Shown piece after piece: positions 40,431 to 53,872 of a DNA stretch of 64,000 bases. Made by a program: the position numbers and the translations under genes. The DNA is from Eledone cirrhosa. Its lineage: Eukaryota. Under the pieces are notes generated by a model. The model ran no database searches. It was not told the origin of the DNA and saw nothing but the letters and a program-made list of their open reading frames with translations. The DNA lies in the NCBI GenBank assembly GCA_964016885.1, contig OZ024757.1, forward strand, positions 28,458,001-28,522,000. The letters are read 5' to 3'. Every line of letters begins with the position of its first letter. Position 1 is the stretch's first letter.

Positions 40431-40726
40431 CATCATTATCATCATTTTACATCCAATTTTCCGTGCTTGCAAGGGTAGGACAGGAACTGATTCTGGCTTG
40501 ATTTCTACAGCTGGATGCCCTTCCTAACACCAACCTCATTTACAGTGAGTGCTGGGTGCTTTTTTGCAGTGGCACCTCCATGACCACTTTGCAGTGGAAT
40601 GATAGGGACCCCAGTTCTATCATCTCATTTCTACAGCTGAGTAAACTGGAGCAATGTGAAATAAAGTGTCTTGCTCAAGGAAACAACACATCACCCGGTC
40701 TGAGAATTGAACTCACAACCTTTCGA
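40431..40726 (-). mobile_element. Family B SINE, near-identical inverted partner of 39686-40022
   Basis: Reverse-complement match over about 295 bp. Lacks the first ~40 nt of the head. Confidence 0.85.
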
Positions 40727-41106
40727 TATATATATATATATATAATGTGTGTGAAGAAAGGTGGAGAAATAATATGGACAACATGGAATTATAAGACTAG
40801 ATGAGATCCTTTAATTTAGATAGGAAACAATAATGGTAGGGCACAGATCATTGGAGTGTAATACTTGGCTATTTTACATGACAGTCAAATGATAGCTGTG
40901 TATGTGTGTCTTTGTATGGGAGTGAGACACAACACACCACTGGGAATTGAACACATAAGTTTGTAATCTGTAATGATGAGTCAAACATCGTAGAACTTAA
41001 TATTTATAATAGTGTCAATGAAGCTTAATGAACCTTAATGAACAGTCGCTTTGCTGGAACATCATTGCTGTGTTGTAAGAAAATGAATATATCCTTATAT
41101 ATACAC

Positions 41107-41190
<84 letters not shown>

Positions 41191-41336
41191 ATATATATAT
41201 GTATGTATATATATATATATATATCTATATATATATATATATAATATATATGTATTATATTATATATATATATATATATAAATATATACATGTATATATA
41301 TATATATACATGTATATATACATTGTATATATATAT

Positions 41337-41425
<89 letters not shown>

Positions 41426-41969
41426 TATATATATACACACATATATATACACATATATATACATATATATGTATATGTATATATAATGTGTGTCTGCGCA
41501 TTTGTCTGAATTTGTGTGTATGTATGTGTATATGTACATAATCTTTATAAAACAGTGCACACACACACACATATATATACATAATATATACACATATATA
41601 TACATAATATATACACATATATATATATACATATATATATATATACATATATACATACACACATGCATGACATGCATCACTACCACCATCTCAACCACCA
41701 CTATCCCAAACATCACTACCATCACTATCACTGTTGCCACCACCACCACCAACACCACAAGCACCACCACCACAAGCACCACCACCACCACCACCACCAC
41801 TACCACCACCACCACCACTGTGACAAACTACATTCATAGACCTACCTGGTGTTGAATTAAGATTGATTAGCCATACTGTATCCAATTTCATTACAATTCT
41901 TCTTGTTTTAAAGACACTGAAACTCTCCTACATCATCATCATCATCGTCATCGTCATCATCATCATCAT

Positions 41970-42165
41970 CACCACCACCATTATCATCAACATCTTCGTC
42001 ACCATCATCATCACCATCCTCTTTATCACCATCACCATCATCAGCACCACCACCATTATCATCAACATCTTCGTCACCATCATCATCACCATCCTCTTTA
42101 TCACCATCACCATCATCAGCACCACCACCATCATCATCAACATCTTCGTCCCCACCATCATCATC
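41970..42165. repeat. 75-bp higher-order (CAT/CAC) repeat
   Basis: About 2.5 copies of ACCACCACCATTATCATCAACATCTTCGTCACC... Confidence 0.75.
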
Positions 42166-42306
42166 AATGTCATTCATCCACATCATCTTCATAATAATCG
42201 TTCTTTTACTTCTTTTAGTAATTAGACTGCGGCCATGCTGGGGCACTGTCTTGAAGGGTTTTGTTGATCATATTATCAACCCCAGTACTTTTTTTTTTTC
42301 TCTTAA

Positions 42307-42514
42307 CCCTTTAGCATTTACACTACTCCATATATACTATTGTATTTTTGTGGTAAAGGCTTTACCTCACATAATTATCTCACATAATATCGAATCTATG
42401 AAATTTTGAAAACAATACCTTAACATCAGTATGAGCGGCTAGTTATGGCCGGTTTGAACAGAAGCAGGTGGGAGAGAATTCTGGCCGGATATGGCCGATT
42501 TACATGCTAAAGTG
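42307..42514. mobile_element. piggyBac-type MITE (family P)
   Basis: (ttaa)CCCTTTAGCATTTAC...TTTACATGCTAAAGTG(tta). Confidence 0.75.
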
Positions 42515-42669
42515 TTATGTACTGAGTTGGACTGTAACAACCTGTCCAACCCATGCCAACATGGAAGGCTGACATATAATGATGATGACAATGATTTAAA
42601 TGATGATGATAATGATGATGATGATGATGATGATAATCATGACGATGATGATATATATATATATATGTA

Positions 42670-42835
42670 TGTGTGTAATGTGGTTGGCATTAGGAAGGGC
42701 ATTCAGCTGTAGAGACCAAGCTAAAATACAGATCCATATGAGCATGACGTGGTCGCCAGACCTGACTTGGCTCATGATATGGCAACCCATCTAACCCATG
42801 CAAGTGTGGAAAATGGACATTAAATCATGATGATG
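42670..42835 (+). mobile_element. SINE family B 3' part
   Basis: GGTTGGCATTAGGAAGGGCATTCAGCTGTAG...AACCCATGCAAGTGTGGAAAATGGACATTAAAT. Confidence 0.65.
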
Positions 42836-43774
42836 ATGGTGGTGATATATAAATATGCACACAGAGTAGAATTGTCGGCAAATTAATAAAGGCTAAAGTT
42901 ACCTTCTGCTTAGCAGTTAGCTTCCTTTTCCATTTGTGTCTTCGACATTAAAGAGTCAAATAGTGGAGGAGGGAGGAAAGGGTCAGAAGACAACAACACC
43001 AACAACATCAACACTATCTGTAGTAGAACAACAACAACAACAACAGTAACAACAATAACAGCAACAACAACAACAGCAGCAGCAACAGTAGCCATAACAA
43101 CAACAACAGCAACAGTAACAATAACCATAACAACAACAACAACAGTTATAACAGCAACAGTAACAACAATAACCATAACAACAACAACAACAACAATAAC
43201 AACAACAGTAACAATAACCATAACAACAACAACAACAACAACCATAACAACAACAACAATAACAATAACCATAACAACAACAACAGTAACAATAACCATA
43301 ACAACAACAGCAACAGCAATAGTTATAACAGCAACAGTAACAACAATAACCATAACAACAATAACAATAACAACAACAACAGCAACAACAACAGCAATAA
43401 CAACAGCAACAACAACAGCAACAACAATAACAACAAGAACAGTGAAATTGTTTTCAATGTTTTCTAGTTTGACATGTTCCTTCCTCTGCTGCCACAAGGA
43501 ATAACGCAATGTTAGGGTGAGGGGCCATGGGTCAGGGGGGGAGGTGTTGGTGTAACCCTTTTAAAGAAATCTATTTTGAGAGGTGAGTGGAAGGGGTGGA
43601 GGAAGGTGTTGTTGTTGTTGTTGTTGTTGTTGTTGTAACATGTTACACTCTACCTCCTTGCATCATTGCTTCTTCACATCCCCTCCCCTCCCTCTTTAAT
43701 TCCACACTTCACTCACTGCCCCTCCCCTTCACCTTCCACCATCTTTGTGTGTGTCTCTCTCTTTTTCTCTCTCA

Positions 43775-43821
<47 letters not shown>

Positions 43822-44548
43822 TCTCGTTTCTTTCTTTTATTGTATTTCTTCCTTTTTCTTTTTCTTTTCGCTTCACCCTTTCTCTCCTTCCTTTCTCATT
43901 CACCCTACCACCACTACCCTCTCTCCTATTTTTTCCTTCCCTTGCACGTGTATGTGTGTGTATGTATGTGTGTACGTGTGTGTGTGCATGTGTGTGTGTG
44001 TATGTATGTATGTGTGCATGTGTGTTTGTATGTATGTCTGTGTGTTTGTATGTATGTTTGTATGTGTGCATGTGTGTTTGTATGTATGTCTGTGTGTTTG
44101 TATGTATGTATGCATGTGTGTGTTTGTATGTATGTGTGCATGTGTGTGTTTGTATGTATGTGTGCATGTGTGTATGTATGTATGTGTGCATGTGTATGTG
44201 TGGGTGTCCCTTCCTCTTTTTATTCTGAAGGAAAGACACTAAAATCAAAGTGATAAACAAACTGTTTCCTTCTCTGTCTCTGTGTCTGTCTATCTGTCCA
44301 GGATGAGGAAATGGCCATGTCAAAAGACACAGGCAGACAGCCAGCCAAACAGATAGGTTCTGGCCAGCCATACCATGACAATCTCCCTACTACCACCAAC
44401 CACCACCATCACCACCACACTTGACAGGGGTAAGACAATGGATAGAACCTGTGTTTGTATGTGTGTTTCTCGATATAAGTGAATATACCTATGGGTGCAT
44501 ACGTGTCTGTGCCTATACATGTATGTATATATATATGTATATATATAT

Positions 44549-44715
44549 ATATTATATATAGAGTTATAAACTCAAATAGTCTTTTACAATTAAATAGCTC
44601 AAAGAAAGGAATATTTCTGAGCCGTGTAATACAAATGAACGGCTAAGAAATATTCCTTTATTTGAGCTATTTAATTGTAAAAGACTATTTGAGTTTATAA
44701 CTCTATATATAATAT
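44549..44715. repeat. Fold-back palindrome next to (TA)n
   Basis: About 77-bp arms (GAGTTATAAACTCAAATAGTC...GAGCCGT / ACGGCTAAG...GACTATTTGAGTTTATAACTC), two mismatches, ~13-nt loop. Confidence 0.85.
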
Positions 44716-45409
44716 TCTCGGCTCCATAAGTGAGCTAATTTTTAGTCCCATAAAATCGGCTGCTATTTTTAGCGGCACGAGTATGAAATAAGCTAGGCGC
44801 TGCGCCACATGTGCTTTCAACACCACATTTCTCTCAGTTTTCTTAAGTATTTTGAAGTGAACCTTACCAATTTCTGGATACCCGCAGAAGAGCACAGGAA
44901 TAGGAACTTTCACTTAATTGTTGCGAAACAAATTTAAAATTTGTCCAGGTATCACGGCTTTTGCCAATATAGGTTTGTTTTTATTGATTTATTATTTTAA
45001 ATCGAGACAGGCAAACCGTATTATTTTAATTAGTATTTTTCAATCTAGCTAACATGGTCAGTTACAATGCAAACACATGTATACTTGTATCAGTGTTTAT
45101 CCCTACCATATATTCATTTGTATATATATATATATATGAATAAATTTAGTCCTTCATCAGTGATCTTCCAACCTTCATCGGTATTTCATCGCTTTAAAGA
45201 CCATATACCTCCGGTTGGTGCGAGCAACGGGTAAAGAAAGTCGTTGGGACACGTAAATAAGGGGAATGAGCGAGACTGTAAACAATCAAAGATGGTAATG
45301 CAACGAAAAGTGAGGAAGAAAGAGTCAAGTCCCAGAAATCGATGAATATAAGTTCTGTGAAATCATGGACGAGAGAGAATAAAGACCATCAAACCTAGTC
45401 GAAATGTGA

Positions 45410-45625
45410 GTCTGATGGTTATGGTGAAGGAAGTAGCATGATGGTCTTATACATTACTATAAAGGGAGAGCAGGAGATAGATAGATAGACAGATATGTAT
45501 ATATTTAGACATATATATATATAGACATATATATATATATATCCGTCTATCTATCTATCTCCTGCTCTCCCTTTATAGTAATGTATACGACCATCATGCT
45601 ACTTCCTTCACCAGAACCATCAGAC
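45410..45625. repeat. Inverted repeat with a (TA)n spacer
   Basis: About 86-bp arms 45410-45496 / 45539-45625 with three mismatches. Confidence 0.85.
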
Positions 45626-46544
45626 AGAGGCAGACTGCTCATTCTTCCTTGTCAAAGGAAGGTAGTGGTTCTATCTTCACAATAGACTTAGCTGACAGCC
45701 GGATCCATCCCACACACATGATAACAGTTCATCATCATCGTCGTTATCTACTTTTCAATGTTTGCACAGGCTGGACGGGTCTCACTCTCCACTTGTCGCG
45801 TTTCTTCATCATCTCCTTCCTCTATGATAAACACAAGTCGACTGAGACCTGAGGCCTGAGTCCTGATGAATATCTACCTACCTGTACACTGAAGTTTTCC
45901 ACTAAATTCATTACCTACTCACACTTTGCTGACAACATCTCTCTGTATAATGGCTTTCACTGTTCTCACACAGACACACAAACATAGGGAATGAGAGGAG
46001 AGGAGATAGATAGCGGGTGATAGACAGAGATAGATTGGGGAGAGTGAAAGAGAGGGCTAGAGGAAGATATAGGGAGAGGGGAATGTGATAGATAGATAGA
46101 AAGAAAGAAAAAAGGTAGTGGGGAAGAGCACGGAGTGCTTTACTGATTTCCAATCTATTTAAACACAATTAATTTTGTCCGCCATCAATATCAGAAACCT
46201 AAAACATCTTAAAATTGCAATAAAATATTAACAGTTATTCAAATTCCTTTCACATTAGACCATTAGACAGAAATCTCTTGTGTTCTTTCAAATTTTTCTC
46301 TATCTCTATGTTATTTTCCTAGAAAATAACATTTTCTAAAGTTAATAACAAAAGAACTTTGGTAACTCTACATATTCCAATTATAAATATTTAATGATAT
46401 TTTTAATGAATTTCCTATCTTATTTTCACAGTAAACTCAAAAATCATAGCAGTTTCTTGAAAGGACTGTGTGTCTGTGAATGTGTGTCTGTGTCTGTGTA
46501 CATGGGTGCTTGTATGCATGTGCATTTGTATATATGTGTGTCTG

Positions 46545-46790
46545 TGTACATGTACATTTGTGTACATGTGTGATTGTGTATGTGTGTTTATACATGTGAT
46601 TTTATACATGTGTTTGTATACCTGTGCATTTGTGTACATATGTGATAGTGTATGTGTGTTTATACATGTGATTTTATACATGTGTTTCTATACCTGTGCA
46701 TTTGTGTACATGTGTGATTGTGTGTGTGTGTTTATACATGTGATTTTATACATGTGTTTGTATACCTGTGCATTTGTGTACATGTGTGTT
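46545..46790. repeat. 72-bp minisatellite, about 3.4 copies
   Basis: TGTGCATTTGTGTACATGTGTGATTGTGTATGTGTGTTTATACATGTGATTTTATACATGTGTTTGTATACC. Confidence 0.85.
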
Positions 46791-47869
46791 TGGAAAAAGA
46801 TATTAAGAAAATAATGGATGCCATCCCCAGTACCTTTCCTGTTTGGGGACTTATAATAATCTTGAAAAAAAAATAAATTAGAGTGATTTACACCTGCTCC
46901 AGGTGAACTATACATGAAACCAAATATACCTGTTTAGGGGACCAAACTTGAGGGGTGCTACATGTTAGTTGCTGAGGGGGGATGGAGTTAGTTAGTTGTC
47001 AAGGAAGGGAGGAGTTACATGTAGCTTGCCAACAGAGAGATGAGTTTGATGTTGCTTTCCAAGAGAGGAGCTACATGTTGTTTGCTGACAGGGGGGAGTT
47101 TAATGTTGCTTGCTGAGAGAGGAGGGAGGGCTATATGTCACTTACAGAGGATGGGTGGAGCCACATGTTGTTGCCGAGTGAGAGAGGAGTTACATGGTGC
47201 TAGCAAAAGGAGATCGTCATCTGACATTGGGAGATGGAGAGAGAGGAGTTACATGGTGCTAGCAAAAGGAGATTGTCATCTGACATTGGGAGATGGAGAG
47301 AGAGAGGGAGTAAGAGTTAGGTTATGGGCATGGCCTTACAGAAAGTGAGTGACATCTGGCGATGTGTATATTCTTGAAATTCTATCAATCACACCTGAGC
47401 ACTGTAGCCCTGCGTGTTCAAAGGGTTTCACATCCGCTGCAGTGTTGAAAATCTATTTCAGATGAAAGCACAAGAGTGCTACCCATGTTAACAGTGTCCT
47501 TGGCCAAATGCCATGTCACATCTATTGTAAAAAATTATATCAAATTCAAGTCTAGTTAGATATCTAAGAAGCTTTAACAGCACAAACTATGAAACTACTA
47601 GTTTAATAAACATCTTGCTAAAACCATGTATAAAAATATGTGTGTGTATGTATATATGCATACACACACATAAAGCATACACACATGAGTGTATATGTGT
47701 ATGTGTGTGTGAATATATATCAGTTCTGTATAGGCAAAGCATGGTTACCAGACCTAGCATTTCTCATAACAGGATAACTCGTCTAACCCATGCTAGCATG
47801 GAAAAATGGACGTAAAACAGTGATGATGATTATATGTATGTGTGAGTGTGTGTGTATATATATATATAT

Positions 47870-48353
47870 TGAGTATATGTTGGTTGTATACCAACACCTC
47901 AGTATGCAGATTGGAGCACTCGACGAAGTACGCAGGTTGGTTTCTTTACTCCGGAGTAATGTAAAATAAAATAAGTAAGTCAAATATGTAAAATTTGGTT
48001 TTGCTTATTATAAATTATAAATTTACTGCTATATATATTTCGGTGACAGCCATTATTGGCTGTGACCTCTTCAGGCAGTCCGAATTGGTGTGGAAAAGAC
48101 AGGTACACATGTTGTTAGTCCTCCGATGAACTGGAATCATATGGTTCCAGTTCCTCAGAGGACTAACAACACACCCAGGAGCTGGACATATCGATGTATT
48201 GACAGAGTGAAACACATTTCAACAATATGTGTACCTGTCTTTTCCACACCAATTCGGTCTGCCTGAAGAGGTCACAGCCAATGATGGCTGTCACCGAAAT
48301 ATATATAGCAGTAAATTTATAATTTATAATAAACGAAGCCAAATTTTACATAT
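47870..48353 (-). mobile_element. HHR-bearing fold-back element with a nested hairpin
   Basis: Arms 47984-48116 / 48221-48353, tail 47870-47983, inner hairpin 48111-48170. Confidence 0.8.
48259..48311 (+). ncRNA. Putative type-I hammerhead ribozyme (mirror copy on the minus strand at 48026-48078)
   Basis: CTGC-CTGAAGA-GGTCACAGCCA ATGA TGGCTGTCACC-GAAA-T ATAT A-TA-GCAG. Confidence 0.75.
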
Positions 48354-48462
48354 GTGTATATGTGTGTGTGTGTGCATAACCACATATACAAATGCACACG
48401 CACATGTATGTATATTTGTGTTTTTGTGGTTACATACACATTCATGTAAGCATGTGTGTAAC

Positions 48463-48523
<61 letters not shown>

Positions 48524-49343
48524 ATGTATGTATGTATATTTATATATGTGTGTATGTGTATTAGAATAAACCCATCAAAACCAACCGAAATAGAGAACAG
48601 ATGGTCAAACCTCAAGTCAGTCTACTCACAGATTATCACATCATATTCTCTGCCAAAATTGCTTCCGTTTTGATTTCCTCTCCCTTGGAACACAGTGTGT
48701 TGTGTGTATTGTGTGTTGTATGTGTGTGTTTATGTAGTGTGTATTGTGTGTTGTATGTATGTGTTTATGTAGTGTGTATGCATATGTTGAATGTGTGTTT
48801 TGTGTTTGTTACCTATTTTATTTGTTCTGTGTGTGTGTTGGGTATGTGTGCTTGTGTATGTATGAGTGTGCTCGTTTATCTATGCGTGTGTGTGTGTGCT
48901 CATGTATGTATGTGTATGTGTGTGCACTTGTGTAAGTATGTGTGTGTGCTCATGTATGTATGTATGTGTGCGCTTGTGTAAGTATGTGTGAGTGCACTCA
49001 TGTATGTATATGTGAGTGCACTCATGTATGTATGTGTGAGTGTGCATGCATGTATGTGTGTGTGAGTGTGTGTTCATGTGCAAGAGTGTGTTTCTGTGAA
49101 AGAGACAGAGTGGTGGGAAGGGGAGAGGGGTACATTAAACAAACAAGCGTTTAATATGTGGAACATTGACCATTTATTTCTGAATATCTTAATAATTGTG
49201 ATAATTGTGTATTGCTGTTGTCTTGGACTGTGGGGTAGGGATTGTAGAAATGGTGGTGGTGAGAGGGGTGGGAATCTGAAAGGAGATAGACTGACAGTTA
49301 GAGAGAATATGGGAGTAATTGTGATGCAATCAGACATGGAAAG

Positions 49344-49375
<32 letters not shown>

Positions 49376-49394
49376 GAAGTATTTCCGTAGGAAG

Positions 49395-49426
<32 letters not shown>

Positions 49427-50420
49427 GCAGACAGACAAAGAAGGAGATGAAGAGAGAGAGAGAGAGCCAGGGAGACAAAGAAGGAGATGAAGAGCTAGAG
49501 ACAGTGTTAGAATAGATAGGAAGATGCTATTGTTGTTGTTGTAGCAGTCATACATATATAACTTCATTACACACTGTTTACCCCTTACTTCTCTCCTCCT
49601 CTCTCGCCAGACAAAAGTCCTTCCTCTTCCTCCAACCCCCTCCTCTCCCCTCCTCTCCCCTCCTCTCCCCTCCTCTTTTTTCCACCCCCCTCCTCACGAT
49701 AGATTTAATTAAAACTAAATAACTATCCCCCATTCAAGCTCCAATGAGTTGGTTGACCAGTCAAGCCATCACCTACTTGACCAACGAGGGCATCCTTGTC
49801 TCATCTCCCACTAGGGCCATTGTTTTCTTAATCAAGTGGAAAATATGAAATACATTTGTTTGTTTATTTTATTTTGGGGATTTTTTTGTTATTTTATTTC
49901 CCTGTTTTTTTTTTGTTTTTTTTTTTGTTTTTTTTTGTTTTGTTATTTTAGCATTTAGTTATTTTAGCATTTAGTTACATATTAACTCTTTTGTTACCAT
50001 ATTTCTAACAAAAAACGCTGTCTATGGTTTCCAAATAATCTTTTTTAAATAAGCAAGAAAGGGGTCCATAGAATAGAGCACCAGTAATGAACTGGGGTTG
50101 ATTTAATCGAATTCTCCCTCTCCCTAAAATCTCTGCTTATATTTTAACCTGACTTTTTACTATATATATAATAATCAGCTGTTTACATATATAATATATT
50201 TATATATTTATTTATATATATATATATATATGTATGTATATACATTATATATATATGTATGTATGTATATACATTATATATATATATATGTATGTATGTA
50301 TGTATATACATTATATATATATGTATGTATGTATATACATTATATATATATATATGTATGTATGTATATACATTATATATATATATATACATATAAATGT
50401 ATATGTATATACATTATATA

Positions 50421-50766
50421 GGAGGCACATAGCTTAGTGGTTAGAGCATTGGGCTTGCAATCCAAAGGTAGTGAGTTCAATTCTCAGACCAGATGATGTG
50501 TTGTTTCCTTGAGCAAGACACTTTATTTCACATTGCTCCAGTTTACTCAGCTGTAGAAATGAGATGATAGGACTGGGTGCCACGGCAAAAAAGCACCCAG
50601 CCCACACTGTAAAGTGGACGTGTAGGCGCCACAGAAAAAAAGCACCTAGCACTCACTGTAAATGAGGTTGGTGTTAGGGAGGGCATCCAGTTGTAGAAAT
50701 CAAGCCAGAATCAGTTCCCATCCTACCCTTGCAAGCAGGGAAAAGTGGACTAAAATGATGATGATG

Positions 50767-50768
<2 letters not shown>
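50421..50768 (+). mobile_element. Full-length family B CORE-type SINE
   Basis: Closely matches 39686-40022. Confidence 0.8.
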
Positions 50769-50821
<53 letters not shown>

Positions 50822-50850
50822 ATGTATATACATTATATATATATATAATA

Positions 50851-51018
50851 TTTAATATAGAACTGTTTCATTCGAAGGAAATTACCAGTACCTGATGATT
50901 TGCTTCAAATGAAACAGTTCTAGTCCTGTAGAAGCCATTTCTATATTAAATATTTATACTTTCCTATGTATTGAGTACCTTACTTACTGGTATTACCCCT
51001 GATTGAACCCAGGATACG
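50851..51018 (+). mobile_element. HHR element family H1 copy 2 with a short 5' inversion
   Basis: CTGATGA at 50892...GAAACAGTTCTAGTCCTGTAGAAGCC. The 5' stem I strand is replaced by the inversion junction. Tail TATTGAGTACC...GATTGAACCC. Confidence 0.75.
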
Positions 51019-51044
51019 CATATATATATATATTATATATATGT

Positions 51045-51098
<54 letters not shown>

Positions 51099-51549
51099 TG
51101 GAAAAATAAATGATTTACATTTCTAAGATCATAACAGTTCAATGCCTCTTCTCGTCAAATACCAATTTCCTTATTATATTGAAGAGTTCCTTCTCATTAA
51201 TTGTCAGTTTTATCTCATGGTGTTTAACTGACTTTAGTATTGCCAACTAAATATTTCTTATTTATTTGAGTGGGTCTGTATACATACTTCTCTGTGTATA
51301 CTGCATGAGCATGGAGGTTTTGTATCTGTTGCCAATTTTCCAATATTATCTGTGATGCATGCAACCTCTCCGTTTCTGTCATGTGACTCTGTTGTCTCAT
51401 GCTTTTATCTTGATGCCACAACACCTTTCAAATGTGGCTATAATTCTAGCCACCCCCATCCTCTCCTTTCTACACATTATCTAATCTATGTTTGTTTTCG
51501 TTTCCATGGGTCTAACTGGCCATCTTTGACACACATTATTTGACTTAAA

Positions 51550-51735
51550 TGGATTGGCAGTATCGGTAGAGAGTCAGACGGCATGCTTTGACACATAGAG
51601 TTATGGCCCTTGCCATTCTGAGTTTAAATCCCGCCAAGGTTAACTTTGCCTTTCATCCTTACGGGGTCGATAAAATAAAGTACCAGTAATGCACTGGATA
51701 ATTGCTGGCCTTGTGCCAAAAGTAGAAACAATTAT
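51550..51735 (+). mobile_element. SINE family A with a 17-bp TSD
   Basis: ATTATTTGACTTAAATG at 51535-51551 and 51731-51747. Confidence 0.9.
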
Positions 51736-52177
51736 TTGACTTAAATGTTAAACATTGGTTTAGCAAACCAAAGATGTGGGTTTTGTGTCCCATGTATGTC
51801 AATATTCATCCTTTTTTCCATTCAGAGGGTTTTTTAAAACCCAACTAACAGACTGATTTTATTTAGTCAAATACAGAAAAAGCATTGTGACCACCTATTT
51901 TCAAACTTTGCACGCTGTTTATAAACAAAGCCAGCTTTGTATCTGTCACTTAGATATTAAACATTTAATTATATATGTATTTTGTCCTGTCCATGTAATT
52001 TCATGCAAGTTCTGCTTCATTTTTGGTCCTGTAAAATAGACCAGGATAGTGTTTAACTGTCTTGTTAGACACCATAACACTGACTGGACAAGTAGTACTG
52101 TCTGTACAGGTTGAAACTCTGTGTATCCTATTTGACAGCTGATGGCTATAGGCTGTTTGTATCTGCTTCCAATTTTG

Positions 52178-52271
<94 letters not shown>

Positions 52272-52350
52272 TTTCAGAAGATCCTGTAAAAGGATGAAAG
52301 CAGTGAGTCTTTGCTTAAACTTGTACTAATAATAAATATTTACTCTAGAG

Positions 52351-52381
<31 letters not shown>

Positions 52382-52395
52382 GCTTCTGAAGATAT

Positions 52396-52446
52396 GGCTT
52401 CCTGATGATTTCTCCCGAATGAAACAGTTCTAGTCCTGTAGAAGCC
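52396..52446 (+). ncRNA. Type-I hammerhead ribozyme, family H1 copy 3 (element 52381-52529)
   Basis: GGCTTC-CTGATGA-TTTC TCCC GAAT-GAAA-CAG TTCTAGTC CTG-TA-GAAGCC. Stem I covaries with AGATTC/GAATCT in copies 1 and 4. Confidence 0.85.
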
Positions 52447-53084
52447 TTTCTATATTAAATATTTATACTCTGCTTTGTATTGAGTACCTTACTTACTGTA
52501 GTTACTCCCGATTGAACCTGGGATAAACTTATATATATGCATACTTAGATATATACATACATAAAATAGGGATACCACACCCTGCATGTCATAAGAGGCA
52601 ACAAAAAGGGTTGGCATCCCAAAACCGTCCTGTTCAAACCTATACCAGCATAGAACAGCGGACAAAAAAACAATGATGATGATACACACGTACATACACA
52701 CACATGTATATGTATATATATATATATATTCTGAAATTTGTGTCTATTTTTCTGTTTGTGTTGAGAAAACTAGTAACTTCATATATATTTCATCAACAAT
52801 GTTTTACTCTATCATCACCATCACCACCACCACCTCCACTACAAGTGATAGTCGTGATGGTGGTGAAGGTGGGAGGATTAGAAAGGCGGAGTTAACAAAA
52901 TTACATCTGTGTTTGTCTTTGTTCTCTCGTTAAATATGTTTATAATTAATTCAGAACAACATATTCTACCAGCCATGACTTAGAGCTACAGATTGACCAA
53001 TAACCAATACCATCTATCACCATGTCATTCAAATCAACAGACAGTAAACTTTGCCAGACCTGTTGACAGGTTTTGGTTTTGATG

Positions 53085-53290
53085 AATTTGTTTTATTTAT
53101 ATAATTTTTTTTCTTCTTTGTTCTATTACTTAAGGGCTTCGGCACTTGAGTGTTTCTTTCCCTTTAGTTCTCTCCTCTTGTCACATAAATCCAAGACTTT
53201 GTTCATGACCCACGGTTGGATTTTCCTTCGTCGTTTGCCCAAAATTTCTTCAGCTGTTGTAAAGTGGTTGTATAATGTCAAAGAATGGAC
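53085..53290 (-). mobile_element. RTE-clade LINE ORF fragment (endonuclease-RT linker)
   Basis: TTAEEILGKRRRKIQPWVMNKVLDLCDKRRELKGKK matches the typical RTE linker motif, followed by stops. Confidence 0.75.
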
Positions 53291-53509
53291 GCAAATGACG
53301 ACACCAGATTTGTTGACAGCCGTCATTGATAGACTATTTTGAGTGTGTGCTGCTTCTACAGTAGGATCCCCACCGATGACTACAGAAGTCAAGAGACTGA
53401 TGATGATGATAACTTAAGGGTCCTTAAAAGTTTCTTGATCCTTTTGATAACAAATCACCTGAAGCCATGCCTGGTTCTATGACACAACTCTGTTTATTTT
53501 TAAACTGTT

Positions 53510-53872
53510 TCATCATCATCACTCGTCATCTTTTCCATGCTTGTATGTGTTAGATGAGTTATCCTGTTATGAGCAATGCTATGGTCAGGTGACCATGTTT
53601 TGCACAAATAGAACTGATTTTGGCTTAGTTTCTACAGCTGGATGCTCTTCCTAGCACCAACATCATTTTCAGTGAGTATTGAGTACTTTTTGTCGTGACA
53701 CCTACACGACCACTTTACAGCGTGGACTGGGCACTTTTTGCCATGACACCAACACAACCACTTTACAGTGTGGAGTGGGTGCTTTTTGTTATGACACCTA
53801 CACAACCATTTTACAGTGTGGGCTGGACAATTTTTGCCATGTCACCATCACGACCACTTTACAGTGTGGGCT
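53510..53872 (-). mobile_element. SINE family B 3' part with an internally amplified ~47-bp unit
   Basis: TTTCTACAGCTGGATGCTCTTCCTAGCACCAAC followed by four repeats of GACACC.ACAC.ACCACTTTACAGTGTGG. Confidence 0.7.

Noticed and set aside
44695-44913. 72-aa non-repetitive ORF (MKVPIPVLFCGYPEIG...)
   Set aside because: Non-ATG start, no recognisable motif, and it runs into the palindrome.
52268-52345. (TA)n-flanked CAAGAAGA-TCCT..AGGA-TGAAA segment
   Set aside because: The core deviates from CUGANGA and stems I and III are weak. Insufficient support.
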